DNA of 64,000 nucleotides, taken from IMG/VR virus record IMGVR_UViG_2939121850_000001; one strand, 5' to 3'. Every line of letters begins with the position of its first letter. Within the stretch, counting starts at the first letter, position 1. This DNA comes from a virus (taxonomy: Duplodnaviria > Heunggongvirae > Uroviricota > Caudoviricetes). The position numbers and the translations under genes are program-made. Shown in pieces: positions 9,631-19,800 of this stretch. Under the pieces are notes generated by a model. That model was given only the letters and a program-made list of their open reading frames with translations. It did not search any database and was not told the origin of the DNA.

Positions 9631-9876
9631 TCAATGTCTGGCTTTTTTTCTATAGAAATCACCTGGAAGGGTGAATATCCACATCAGAAGAAATGTTGCA
9701 GCAAACATGATCCCTAATGGCCAGACCGCGCCAAAGAAAATCCATACTAAGATCTCCTCTGCTTGTTCTTTGCGGTCGATATCGACAAGCATTTTTCGGC
9801 TGATCATGTATACACAGAAGCCAATACAAACATATCCTGCAAAAGCGATCGCTAACTGTAAAAAATCAGATTGCAT
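9631..9876 (-). CDS. Small two-TM membrane protein downstream of repL
   Basis: 81-aa ORF from internal ATG with SD GAGG; hydrophobic segments LAIAFAGYVCIGFCVYMI and ILVWIFFGAVWPLGIMFAATFLLMWIF. Confidence 0.4.
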   Translation of the reverse strand: MQSDFLQLAIAFAGYVCIGFCVYMISRKMLVDIDRKEQAEEILVWIFFGAVWPLGIMFAATFLLMWIFTLPGDFYRKKARH

Positions 9877-9926
9877 CTCCGACCTCAAACTGAAAACGCC
9901 AGGTAACTCCAGATTAGAGCAATCTA

Positions 9927-10772
9927 TCACCCTCTGAATCCTGCCGGTATACCCCATTGTTCGTTATCTTTATTTTTGGCTAAAACCGCATTAAGAGCTT
10001 CGTTTACCGTCATGCAATGCGGCAGATTATCGAAGTTTGATACCCCGCCAATATCAGGAGAACGCTTGTTCTTCAGGTAAGCATATTTCCGCGCTGCCGC
10101 CTCTACCTTCTGCTTGAACTCATGTTTTTGAGCGCGTTTTTTGGATAACCGCAGATTGTCAGCCTTTGCTTTTGCCTCAGCGATCCATGAAGTCAATTTT
10201 TTGAGTCTGCTCGTTCCGGCACCGCCGGAAACTGATCTTTTTGTTTTTTTAACTTGTGACTTCTTATTCTTTATTGCCACGTCATCCTGACAGGGGGAGG
10301 GGGTATCATTTTGACATGGGGGTGTGGATAAAAAATTAAATAAAGCCAATGTCTTAGCGAGAACAGCTTTAACCTTGGTTGCCGCTGAAGAGATCTTTAA
10401 TTTGCTTTCAATCAGCGCATTTTTGGCTTGTTGTGCGAAGGCCAAAAAGGATGGTGTAAACCGGTACAGGTTAGCGCGACGTTCACGGTGATCGCCGATA
10501 ACAATCTCTACAGACAGAATTCCTTTGTTTACAGCTTCACGGAATGCACGAACGACGGTTGATTGGCTATAACCAGTTTCTGCCGCGATCAGGCGGTGAG
10601 GCTTGTGAATGAAGTATTCACTGGTTGTTGCCGCGAGATTTGCACATTGCGACAGGATATGCCCGGCGCTACGGGATAGACCGGAGTGTGTTACAAAGCA
10701 GGCCAATTCATAGCCAGAAAAAGTAAAATCGCTCATCGTTATACAGCTCAGGAAAGTGACTTTAGCCAGCAT
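9927..10772 (-). CDS. repL: Lytic replication initiator RepL
   Basis: 281-aa ORF downstream of kilA; size and sequence match my recollection of P1 RepL. Confidence 0.8.
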   Translation of the reverse strand: MLAKVTFLSCITMSDFTFSGYELACFVTHSGLSRSAGHILSQCANLAATTSEYFIHKPHRLIAAETGYSQSTVVRAFREAVNKGILSVEIVIGDHRERRANLYRFTPSFLAFAQQAKNALIESKLKISSAATKVKAVLAKTLALFNFLSTPPCQNDTPSPCQDDVAIKNKKSQVKKTKRSVSGGAGTSRLKKLTSWIAEAKAKADNLRLSKKRAQKHEFKQKVEAAARKYAYLKNKRSPDIGGVSNFDNLPHCMTVNEALNAVLAKNKDNEQWGIPAGFRG

Positions 10773-10801
10773 TACAATGCTGGTGGTTCTTACTACGTCT
10801 G

Positions 10802-11602
10802 TTAGCGCGTCGCCGCGACAGGCACCAGCACACCAGCATCAAGCAATCGCTTCATAAGCCACTGCTGACCTTTGCCGGTTATACGAGTCGTGAAAGAAAT
10901 CCTGCTTCCATTGCTTGTATCGATCACGGTTTCTTTAAGGGTGAAATACCCACGGGATATGTATTCTTGTTTGGGGACGTTCCTGCGTTCACCGGTTGCG
11001 ATCAGAATTCCGTTATCACGCAACCAGGTGAAGAGATAGTTTTGGCCCAGGCCGAGCACTTTGGCACAGTTGCCGATTAGAACCCCGCTGGCGGTAGCAA
11101 CGCGTTCGGCGAATTCGACTTTAGGTGCATCCATAAGCATTTTTTGCTCCAGCCGTTGCTTTTGCTCTGCCAGGTCGGCAGCCAAACGGAGAGCTTCAGG
11201 GAGACTCTGCGGAATAGCAGGTTGTAATCTTCCAGCTCGATAGTCGATAAATGTCTGGTTTACCTTCAGCCGAAACGCGGGAGAAATCCAGCCTGCGTAC
11301 TCCACAGCGAGCAATTCATGGGCAAAAGTGCCGCCGCCACGGCCTTCGAACGAAACTATGCAATTCTGCATAGTTTCTTTTTCAAGCTCTTCGATGAGCT
11401 GTTTTGCTGACAGCGTTCTTAGCCATTGAGCTGGCGCTTTATGGGCACCGAGTCCGCTCGCTCTGTGTAGAGCATTAAGGTTGTAACGGCCAGCGCGGTC
11501 GGTCGTAATTTCAACACCACAAATAACGGGCAGAGTGGTTGAAGGATCGACATTTTGATGAAGGTTTGATATATTCATATCCGCATTGAATGTTTGTTGC
11601 AT
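10802..11602 (-). CDS. kilA: KilA (KilA-N domain plus Ant-like C-terminal domain)
   Basis: 266-aa ORF; C-terminal half paralogous to Ant (LPEALRLAA-LAEQKQ...GKGQQWL). Confidence 0.8.
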   Translation of the reverse strand: MQQTFNADMNISNLHQNVDPSTTLPVICGVEITTDRAGRYNLNALHRASGLGAHKAPAQWLRTLSAKQLIEELEKETMQNCIVSFEGRGGGTFAHELLAVEYAGWISPAFRLKVNQTFIDYRAGRLQPAIPQSLPEALRLAADLAEQKQRLEQKMLMDAPKVEFAERVATASGVLIGNCAKVLGLGQNYLFTWLRDNGILIATGERRNVPKQEYISRGYFTLKETVIDTSNGSRISFTTRITGKGQQWLMKRLLDAGVLVPVAATR

Positions 11603-11672
11603 TTTTTCTCCAAATTTGCATCAACCTTCAATCACCAGCTCGAAATGGTGATTCTTTGCACTTAGAAAGCGA

Positions 11673-11689
11673 AATTTATTAGAGCAAAT
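11673..11689. promoter_or_regulatory. C1 operator (Op53-like) upstream of kilA-repL
   Basis: AAATTTATTAGAGCAAA matches the reverse complement of C1 consensus ATTGCTCTAATAAATTT. Confidence 0.6.
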
Positions 11690-11725
11690 TTTTCTGACTC
11701 GATCCAGATCTGGTTGGACGATCTG

Positions 11726-11758
11726 CTCAGAAACCTGCCAGTTTGCTGGCAGGTTTTT
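11726..11758. terminator. Hairpin plus T-run between ant and kilA
   Basis: CCTGCCAG-tttg-CTGGCAGG followed by TTTTTTTCTTTT on the plus strand. Confidence 0.45.
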
Positions 11759-11766
11759 TTCTTTTG

Positions 11767-12810
11767 TTAACCTATTGCTACTGGTTTTAACAAACCAGCA
11801 TCAAGTAGCTTGCGAGTTAACCACTGCTGGCCTTTACCCGTTAATTGGGGCGTCAGCCGTATCTGGTAGCCATTTTCATCATCCAGCACCACTTCTTTCA
11901 CCGTGAAATACCCGGCGTTGATGTACTGTTGGCGCGGTACGTTTTTGCGCGCACCAAAAGCCATGAGAATGCCGTTCTGGCGCAACCATGAGAAAAGGGC
12001 GTTTTGCTTAAGTCCAACGACCTTTGCAAAGTTCCCGATCAGGATTCCATTAGCCACTGATACCCGGTCGGCAAAATCGACTTTAGGGGCTGCGGCCACC
12101 AGCTGTTGTTCCAGCTGCAATTTCTGTTCTGCCAACTCGGCAGCCAGGCGTAGGGCTTCTGGTAATGTTTGGGGGATCGATGGGGTAGGGGAGTTTGCCT
12201 GCTGCAATTCTTCCAGTTTGTCGATCAGCGAACGGCGGACCGCTTTCGATTCGCGCGCGGCGACTCGCAGGGCTTGTTTGTAGGTCATGGTTATGACAAC
12301 CATAGGCGTACCGCCACCTGGCGGCACGGTTGCACTTTTTGTGTAACCGTCCTCACCTTCTAATTCGTCGAGTATTTTTTCGATGAATTTGTTGTTCCGA
12401 ACCTCTGGTTCCCCACATAACTTACGCGCTTCATTGACCATCTTTAACAGTGTCAGGCTGTCGATTGTGTCTCCGGTGGTGGGGATGACATTCACTGCTG
12501 GTGATGGCGTAGCTGAAGCAACAGGTGCTGGTTTTTCAACATTCAAATTATTACCGGTCATTCTGCGCGCCTCCTTTCTCATTTCTGCTGCCACTGTTGC
12601 GTAACGTAGACGTCCTTGTTCAATCAAATAATCCCTGATCTCGGCTATCAGTAGCCTGTTGATCACAGCCTTATCTGTTCGGGTATAAAAACGTCTGGTT
12701 ATCATGAAATAGTTGGCAATTGCGCCGGGGATCTCCCGTGTCGGCATACAGGTAGTATGCAAGGCGATCGCTTCGGCTATTTCATTACGGGTGATGAGAG
12801 GTGTTTTCAT
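11767..12810 (-). CDS. ant: Antirepressor Ant (immI)
   Basis: 347-aa ORF overlapping the icd stop; Ant C-terminal domain. Confidence 0.8.
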   Translation of the reverse strand: MKTPLITRNEIAEAIALHTTCMPTREIPGAIANYFMITRRFYTRTDKAVINRLLIAEIRDYLIEQGRLRYATVAAEMRKEARRMTGNNLNVEKPAPVASATPSPAVNVIPTTGDTIDSLTLLKMVNEARKLCGEPEVRNNKFIEKILDELEGEDGYTKSATVPPGGGTPMVVITMTYKQALRVAARESKAVRRSLIDKLEELQQANSPTPSIPQTLPEALRLAAELAEQKLQLEQQLVAAAPKVDFADRVSVANGILIGNFAKVVGLKQNALFSWLRQNGILMAFGARKNVPRQQYINAGYFTVKEVVLDDENGYQIRLTPQLTGKGQQWLTRKLLDAGLLKPVAIG

Positions 12811-13028
12811 AAACCCCCCTGAACGTCGGCAGAGAAGGGGAGGCTCCAGTAACTAAGTGAATTGCGCGAGTTAGTTGAAAAACGGGCTGTAAAAATGCAG
12901 GGGCCATCAGGCAATTGAGAGCGTGCTTCGTCTTCTGTTGCTGCGATAACGAAGTGATAGTGGTGTTTTTTACAGGAATAGAAACGCCAGATGAATTCTG
13001 GGCGTGCGCAAGGATTGGCATTAACCAT
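12807..13028 (-). CDS. icd: Icd (interference with cell division), 73 aa
   Basis: ATG at 13028 gives MVNANPCARPEFIWRFYSC...GGL; stop overlaps ant start; conserved against the second copy. Confidence 0.75.
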   Translation of the reverse strand: MVNANPCARPEFIWRFYSCKKHHYHFVIAATEDEARSQLPDGPCIFTARFSTNSRNSLSYWSLPFSADVQGGL

Positions 13029-13077
13029 AGTTACGGCCTCATTCGTAGGTTTAACAACCTGCGCCCCGCTGCTAAAC

Positions 13078-13155
13078 GGGTGGCAGGACGTGACGGGGTT
13101 AGCAGACTGGCACGAATGAAACCAGCAGGCCGAAGCCTCCCCATCACGCCCCACC
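13078..13155 (-). ncRNA. c4: c4 antisense repressor RNA of immI (~78 nt)
   Basis: Minus-strand 5' GGUGGGGCGUGAUGGGGAGGCUUCGGCC...CCACCC 3' with terminal complementarity and UUCG tetraloop hairpin; between Op51 and icd. Confidence 0.55.
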
Positions 13156-13342
13156 ATAATTCGGGCGTAACGTGGTTTTACGGACACAAAAATACCGCAA
13201 TATCGGATATCTGCGGTTGTCCGCATTCGTATTCAGGCTGCTAAACCCGGTCGCAGAATTTGCTACGACGGCGGAACTATAAGCCTGAACGATTAAAAGG
13301 TCAATATGATGCGAAAAGATAGCATTCGCGACTTAAAAATAC

Positions 13343-13359
13343 AAATTTATTAGAGCATT
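13343..13359. promoter_or_regulatory. C1 operator (Op51-like) at the immI promoter
   Basis: AAATTTATTAGAGCATT. Confidence 0.6.
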
Positions 13360-13455
13360 AATTGTATAACAAATACACAAATGGATCTAATAACCTCTTT
13401 TTTTTAAAGGCGAAAATATGTACCCTAAATGGGTTATAAGGCAGGTGAGGTTATA

Positions 13456-14103
13456 ATGAGAAAACTATTACTACCGTTATTATTTATGGCTGGGACTGTT
13501 AATGCAGCATCAAGCGTAAAGGAGATTTGTACCGATTATACGAAATACCTTGGGCACGTTTACGGCTTTGCTGTCAGTCAAGATGAATCCATGCGCAAGA
13601 AGTTACTGTCAGATATGAAACGCCTTAAACTTTCTGAAGCGATGGTGCAGCAAGAACTGTATAAAGTCGCAACCAACGAAAATGCTAAATATCAATATTC
13701 TCGCCTGTTAAATCCCGACGCAAACGAGATCAATCGAAGCTCTTTCGATTATATGGTAAAGGCATGCGAAACCGCTCCTGATTTTGCTATTCCTAGCTGG
13801 GGTGTGCTGGTGGCGAGCAATGCCGTTAATAAAGAAGACGTTGGAAGAAATGGCATTGATTCAATCAGAAACTCCCCGGGAATGCGCCATCAAAACGTTC
13901 AGGGTACGCTTGAAGAACGGGCCAGGGGGCCGGGTACAAACTCCCCAATGGGAAACCTCTCCCCGGAGGAATTGCAAGAGTATAACCAACGGATGGAGCA
14001 GTATGAGAAAGCTGCACGCGAAAAAATGGAACAACAAAAAAACGGATCTCTTAATACTTTCCAGCAAGGTTTAAAAGCGCTTAATTTACCCTATGAATGG
14101 TGA
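13456..14103 (+). CDS. Sim-like periplasmic protein (putative superinfection exclusion) with signal peptide
   Basis: 215-aa ORF from ATG 13456 (MRKLLLPLLFMAGTVNAASS); ~40% GC; internal motif RNSPGMRHQNVQGTLEERARGPGT also found in Sit. Confidence 0.5.
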   Translation: MRKLLLPLLFMAGTVNAASSVKEICTDYTKYLGHVYGFAVSQDESMRKKLLSDMKRLKLSEAMVQQELYKVATNENAKYQYSRLLNPDANEINRSSFDYMVKACETAPDFAIPSWGVLVASNAVNKEDVGRNGIDSIRNSPGMRHQNVQGTLEERARGPGTNSPMGNLSPEELQEYNQRMEQYEKAAREKMEQQKNGSLNTFQQGLKALNLPYEW

Positions 14104-14154
14104 ATATATGGTGGTTAACTAATTAAAATATTAATATCCAAAGGAGATAAATTA

Positions 14155-14631
14155 ATGCGCATCAAACGATTTTTACTAGTTCTTGCTTTGCTTACTCCGT
14201 TTTCATCAATGGCAAATGTAAGCAAATGGTCAACCGGCGAGACTCATGGTGTTCGTTCTTATGCTGTTTCCAGCAAAGATAATTATACGCTTACATTTGA
14301 GTGCGATGTTGGATTTAATAATACGGATCCCAATCAAGTAGGAACACGACTACTCACTCTCATGAAAACAGAACCTGGCGGTGAGTCATTTGATGCTAAA
14401 AAAGAACAAATAACGCTGAAAGTTGGTGATGATGAATATCCTATCAGTTCTATCGGTTCCTCTGTGGGTGATAGTTACTGGTATGGTTTTTGGTCAGATA
14501 CCCCTGATATGGAAGTTAAAACATTCGATGCATACGTAGACGGAAAAAAAATCGCAACATTTACGCTACGTAAGGCCGCAGAGCTTTTCAACGCGGCACC
14601 TGAAGATGGCTGCCTGAAGCGCGCAAAATGA
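14155..14631 (+). CDS. Secreted/periplasmic protein of unknown function
   Basis: 158-aa ORF with N-terminal signal peptide MRIKRFLLVLALLTPFSSMA; ~38% GC. Confidence 0.5.
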   Translation: MRIKRFLLVLALLTPFSSMANVSKWSTGETHGVRSYAVSSKDNYTLTFECDVGFNNTDPNQVGTRLLTLMKTEPGGESFDAKKEQITLKVGDDEYPISSIGSSVGDSYWYGFWSDTPDMEVKTFDAYVDGKKIATFTLRKAAELFNAAPEDGCLKRAK

Positions 14632-14639
14632 CCTGTCAC

Positions 14640-14658
14640 AAATGACTACTCGTAGAAT
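14640..14658 (+). promoter_or_regulatory. Late promoter-like element AAATGACTA-N4-TAGAAT
   Basis: Degenerate copy of AAGTNACTT-N4-TAnnnT upstream of the 14690 gene. Confidence 0.4.
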
Positions 14659-14665
14659 CGGTTAA

Positions 14666-15256
<591 letters not shown>

Positions 15257-15266
15257 GGGAGCTGAT

Positions 15267-15878
15267 ATGGGGCTTAATGTTGCTTCAGTAAAGTCTTATG
15301 TATCTTCGGCATTAACGACGACATTATTTGGCTCCGGCGTTGGTGAGCGGGAAGTTGGTAAGCTGACGTCAATCATCATGAACAAAATGTTGTTCGCGCA
15401 AGGATGGCAGTTCTCTGTCGAAGTTGATGGACTGGAGGGGGCAGACTTCTTTGCCAAAGACATTACCTACCACGATTACAGCATCGAATATGAAACGATT
15501 AAAATCGGCGGAGGGAATATCCTTCAACCAACGGAGCGTTCGCCTGGGCAGATAACAATGATGGTCAGGGATACCGTTGATGGCCTCGTTTTGGACTGGT
15601 TTAAGACGGCAAAAAGTCGGGTGATTAATCCAGACGGTACCGGGAATATACCGTCTAAATATTTGCTCAATGTGCGTATTTATCGGTTGCTGTCTTCCGG
15701 CTTAACCAAACTGGAAAATGAGATGACTGTATTCCCTGTCACTACCGGCGATGTCACCTATGCGCGGGATCAGGTTACGGAATTTAAGTCATTCCCAATG
15801 ACCTTCGCATTGCACAGCACGTTTAACCAATCCTCAAGTTCTTTGGCTTCCCTTCTGGGCTTTAGTTTTTCTCTTTGA
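15267..15878 (+). CDS. Putative tail structural protein
   Basis: 203-aa ORF with SD. Confidence 0.45.
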   Translation: MGLNVASVKSYVSSALTTTLFGSGVGEREVGKLTSIIMNKMLFAQGWQFSVEVDGLEGADFFAKDITYHDYSIEYETIKIGGGNILQPTERSPGQITMMVRDTVDGLVLDWFKTAKSRVINPDGTGNIPSKYLLNVRIYRLLSSGLTKLENEMTVFPVTTGDVTYARDQVTEFKSFPMTFALHSTFNQSSSSLASLLGFSFSL

Positions 15879-15892
15879 ATTAAGGAGCAAGG

Positions 15893-16774
15893 ATGCTTTT
15901 ACCCCTTTTCCCGCTACCATCGCGGCCAACTGAATTGATCCAGTTCCGTCAGCCAAATATTGCTGATGCGATGCGTTTCAACTCGATAACACCGGAGGAA
16001 CAAGAACAACAGACAACGGCGTATTTAAAAGCCTTGCTGGCTGAACCCGCGAAATATGATCCCCTGACATGGACGGCGCAGGACCGGATTACCGCGTTAT
16101 GGTGGATATTTACTGGCTCCCGTGAAACACCGGTCGAGACATTCACCTACACCTGTAAACATTGCGGTAAAGAGCATTATTACGATTGCGATATGAATGC
16201 TCTGGCTGAAGATATCCAGGTCCTGGAAGTGGAACCGTTCATTGACGATATTGAGGTGTCTGTAGAGGGCGTGCCTTATCAATGGCGTATCGTGCCGCTT
16301 GATGGTTGGGCAATGGAAATGCTGGAGATGCGCCGTGCAGCATTGCCACCTGAAGACGACGCGGAATTCAAAGAAGCGATCGTTGATTTGCGTTTTTGGG
16401 AATTCGCTTATCAGTGTGAACTTTATAACGATGTTAGCGGTACTCGTGAAGAGCAGGCTGAGCGTCGTTATGAAACGATCAAACGGATGGCCATTGATAC
16501 TGAATTTATGAAGCTGGCGGCACACATCCGGCTGGCTCATGAAAAGCTCGAACATGGTTTACCGTGCTACATCGATAAAGGCGAAATGCGTCTTCGTCTC
16601 CCGCCGCACAAATGCCCAAACCAGGATACAAAGGAGTCCACAGAGGGTGCGTATACCCGTCTGTGGGTGCCCTTTCGGGCTACCGACTTCATTCCACAGG
16701 TGGGGATTGAAAAGCTATCAGACCTTAGTGTCCAACCTGGTTTTGTATGGGGGTATACCGATTCAGGACGCTGA
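15893..16774 (+). CDS. Putative tail assembly protein with Cys cluster
   Basis: 293-aa ORF just upstream of the tape measure gene; CKHCGKEHYYDCD motif. Confidence 0.45.
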   Translation: MLLPLFPLPSRPTELIQFRQPNIADAMRFNSITPEEQEQQTTAYLKALLAEPAKYDPLTWTAQDRITALWWIFTGSRETPVETFTYTCKHCGKEHYYDCDMNALAEDIQVLEVEPFIDDIEVSVEGVPYQWRIVPLDGWAMEMLEMRRAALPPEDDAEFKEAIVDLRFWEFAYQCELYNDVSGTREEQAERRYETIKRMAIDTEFMKLAAHIRLAHEKLEHGLPCYIDKGEMRLRLPPHKCPNQDTKESTEGAYTRLWVPFRATDFIPQVGIEKLSDLSVQPGFVWGYTDSGR

Positions 16775-16855
16775 AAGGCTCACTGAATCCTATGCGTTTT
16801 TCCTGTTGGAGAAACTGGAAGAAAAACTTAAACCGAAACGGTAGGCGATAAGATC

Positions 16856-19800
16856 ATGGAAAGAAAAAACGCCAATATTGACGATGTTATAAGGACAGTT
16901 GAAACCGCCAGCGCGAAAGAGCTGGAAGAGCTTGCAGGTATTCGGGAAGCTGTTGAAGATTTGAAAGGGGAACGAGTTGCAACTGTTGATCCTGTCTCTC
17001 GCAGTGTGTCGGCATTAAATCGCACAATCGAAAATTCACGTCCTGACTTTGTGACCAATGTGCCATCAGTGGACTCTATTGTTGACGCAATGAAACGGCT
17101 TAATTTAGGGGACGTTTCTCGTATACGGGAGGACAAAGTCACTAACCGTGAACAGCAGGCTGCACCAACAGCGCACAATCCCCCAAATAGACGAAGAGAG
17201 GCAATAACAGAGGATGTTAAAGCACAGCGGTTAGAAACGGTCAAACTCGCTCGTGATTTGAAAGGGGAACGCGTTGCAACGGTTGACCCAGTATCTCGCA
17301 GTGTGTCGGCATTAAATCGAACAATCGAAAATTCCCGGCCAGACTTTGTGGCCAATGCGCCATCAGTAGACCCTATTGTTGACGCAATGAAACGGCTTAA
17401 TTTAGGGGACGTTTCTCGTGTAGTTCAGGAGGGCATTGCTCAACAGGAACAGCAGGCCAAATCAACTACACCAAAGGGTAAAAAAAGACGCAGGAAGGCT
17501 ATATCAGAGGATATAAAGGCACAACGGACCGAAGCAGCCGAACACGCTCGCGAAATGTTCGATCAAAAAGGCGGTGCGCAAAAAAGCCAAAACCAACGCG
17601 ATGCGCGTGGTCGTTTTATTGGAAAGTCAGGGAGTAAGGCCGCAGCGGAAGATGCCCGTGCTGAACGTGCTGAAAAGGCCAGGCGCAAAGAGGATGATGA
17701 GCGTCTAAATGCTGAATCAGGTTTATTAAAAAAACTGTCAAAAGTAGCTGAAGGCATAGGTAACCCTTCAGAGACTCGTGCCGTCGATGCGTTAGGTTAT
17801 GCCGTTGCTGGTCCATTGTGGGCAGCAGGGAAGGAGCTTGGCGGGATATCAAAAGAAGTTGGTGGATCGCTTAATGGTGCCAGAAAGTCTATTGCCGATG
17901 TGATTCGTGGCAATGACGATAACAGCCGTAGAAAAGGTTTTTTTAGGCGTAAATCGCAAAATAGTGCCGATGTCGTTCAGGTTAACACCCAAAAACGGAC
18001 GGTTCAGGAACTTCAGGAGCAGACCAGCGAAATTAAAGAGGGCAATGACAAGATTCTCAGCGCCCTTGATCAGATAGCCAAAAACACCGGGAAAAAGAAG
18101 GGCGGCTTGCTGTCCAAACTATTTAGCCTGTTAGGGAAGGGGGCCGGTGGCGTCGCGTCGTTGTTAATGGGGCGTGGCATGCTGAAAAAAGCTGGAGCAC
18201 TCGCTTTTGGCGCTCTGGGGGCAAAGAAACTTTTAGGAATGCTACGCGGTGGTGGCAAGAAGACTATCGCCCATGAAGGTGGAGATTTGGCTGCCCGGGC
18301 AGCAGGTAAATTTGGATTAAAGGCAGTTGGTAAAGGGGCGTTACGCGCAATTCCCTTAGTCGGCACAGTGGCTGGAGGTATTTATGATGCGGTAACCGGT
18401 TGGAATGATACAGAAGCGCAACGTCGAGCGTTTGGGCTTAAATCAGGACAAGATCCATCATTCCAGCAAAAAGCCGCTTATACGTTAGCCAATGTTCTTG
18501 ATATGGGGGGACTGGTATCTGGTATTAGCAGCGCCATTGGTGAGGTTCTCAAATCACTTGGATTTGAGGATATCGGCAATATGTTGCAATCATTTTCGAC
18601 GGAAAGTATTGCCCAGGCCATTGATAGTGGGATTACCAACTTAGAAACATATATTTCTAACCTTGGCGACACCATTTCTACCAAGTTCGAAGATTACACA
18701 GCAAAGATTGGTGATGCTGTTTCAGCATGGTTTAGCGATACATCTAATAAGCTGCTTGAAAAGCTGGATGCCATCAAAGACTTCTTTACTGTTGATAACC
18801 TGAAACAGGTTTTCAGTGATGCAATTGATAGTGCAATTGATTTCATTAAGAACCCAGGGAAACACATTAAAGAGGCGGCTGGTAATATTTGGGATGGGGT
18901 TAAAAATTTACCTGGTAAAGCATTAGATGCAGCGGTTGATGCCGTTAAAAATACCCCTGCGGCAATGATTGTATCAAAAATACCCAATCCGATCGGCGAG
19001 GCTAATGCGAAAGAAATCACTCCAGAGTTAAAAGCTCCGGTTAATAGCGAGGCTAATGCGAAAGAAATCGCTCCAGAGTTAAAAGCTCCGGTTAATAGCC
19101 ACCAGGAGACATCTGATTCTAAAACTGAATCCGATGCCAAACAGACTAATATTGTTACCCGCGTGATAAATGCGGCACTGGACACGGCGAAAGATAGCAA
19201 TGAAACAGTTAAAGAAACTGCGAATCAGATTATCAATGCAAATGCCGTAGAAACGGGCAATAGCGCGTTGCAGAAAATTGATAAAGCTATTGGTCAAAAT
19301 AGCTCGTCATCATCGTCGCTTAATACCACTGGCACCAGGAATGACATTCAGAAAGCTGCGGATACCTACAACAATGGCCGCTTGGATGTAAAAGTCGGAA
19401 GTCTTGGATCTGAAGGTAAGGCAAATCTCGATAAGTTGGCTCCGTATTTTGCTGAACTAGAGAATAAATATGGTCTTCCAGAAGGCACTCTTTACGCGAT
19501 TGCTGCAACTGAATCTGGTGGTAATCCGTATGCAAAATCCCAAACCGGTGCTCTGGGAATGTTTCAGTTCACGGGGATTGCTCGTGAAGAGACTGGCTTA
19601 GCTGAAGGTGAATCGTTTGATCCTGTGAAATCGGCAGAAGCTGCGGCTCTTCTCATGAGCAAGTATCTGAAGCAAGCCAATGGAGACTTAAACGAGGCCA
19701 TCACTGCATATAACGCTGGGTTTGGCACTATCAATAAGTGGAAAAAAGGCACAGGTGACTTATCGAAAGAAAACCGTGAGTACGCGATCAAGGTCAATAC

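Noticed and set aside
12807-13226. 139-aa minus-strand ORF upstream of ant (and 187-aa counterpart at 60744-61307)
   Set aside because: Only the last 73 codons after an ATG with SD are conserved between copies; the upstream part reads through the c4 RNA region.
16539-16844. 101-aa ORF overlapping the end of the tail assembly gene, possible programmed frameshift product
   Set aside because: Would need a +1 shift and I could not identify a slippery site; not called.
18694-19200. Antisense ORFs inside sit, darB, the tail fiber gene and others (e.g. 16828-17355, 24408-25418, 45052-45366, 47530-48063)
   Set aside because: Lie opposite long well-supported genes, often generated by repeats; no independent support.
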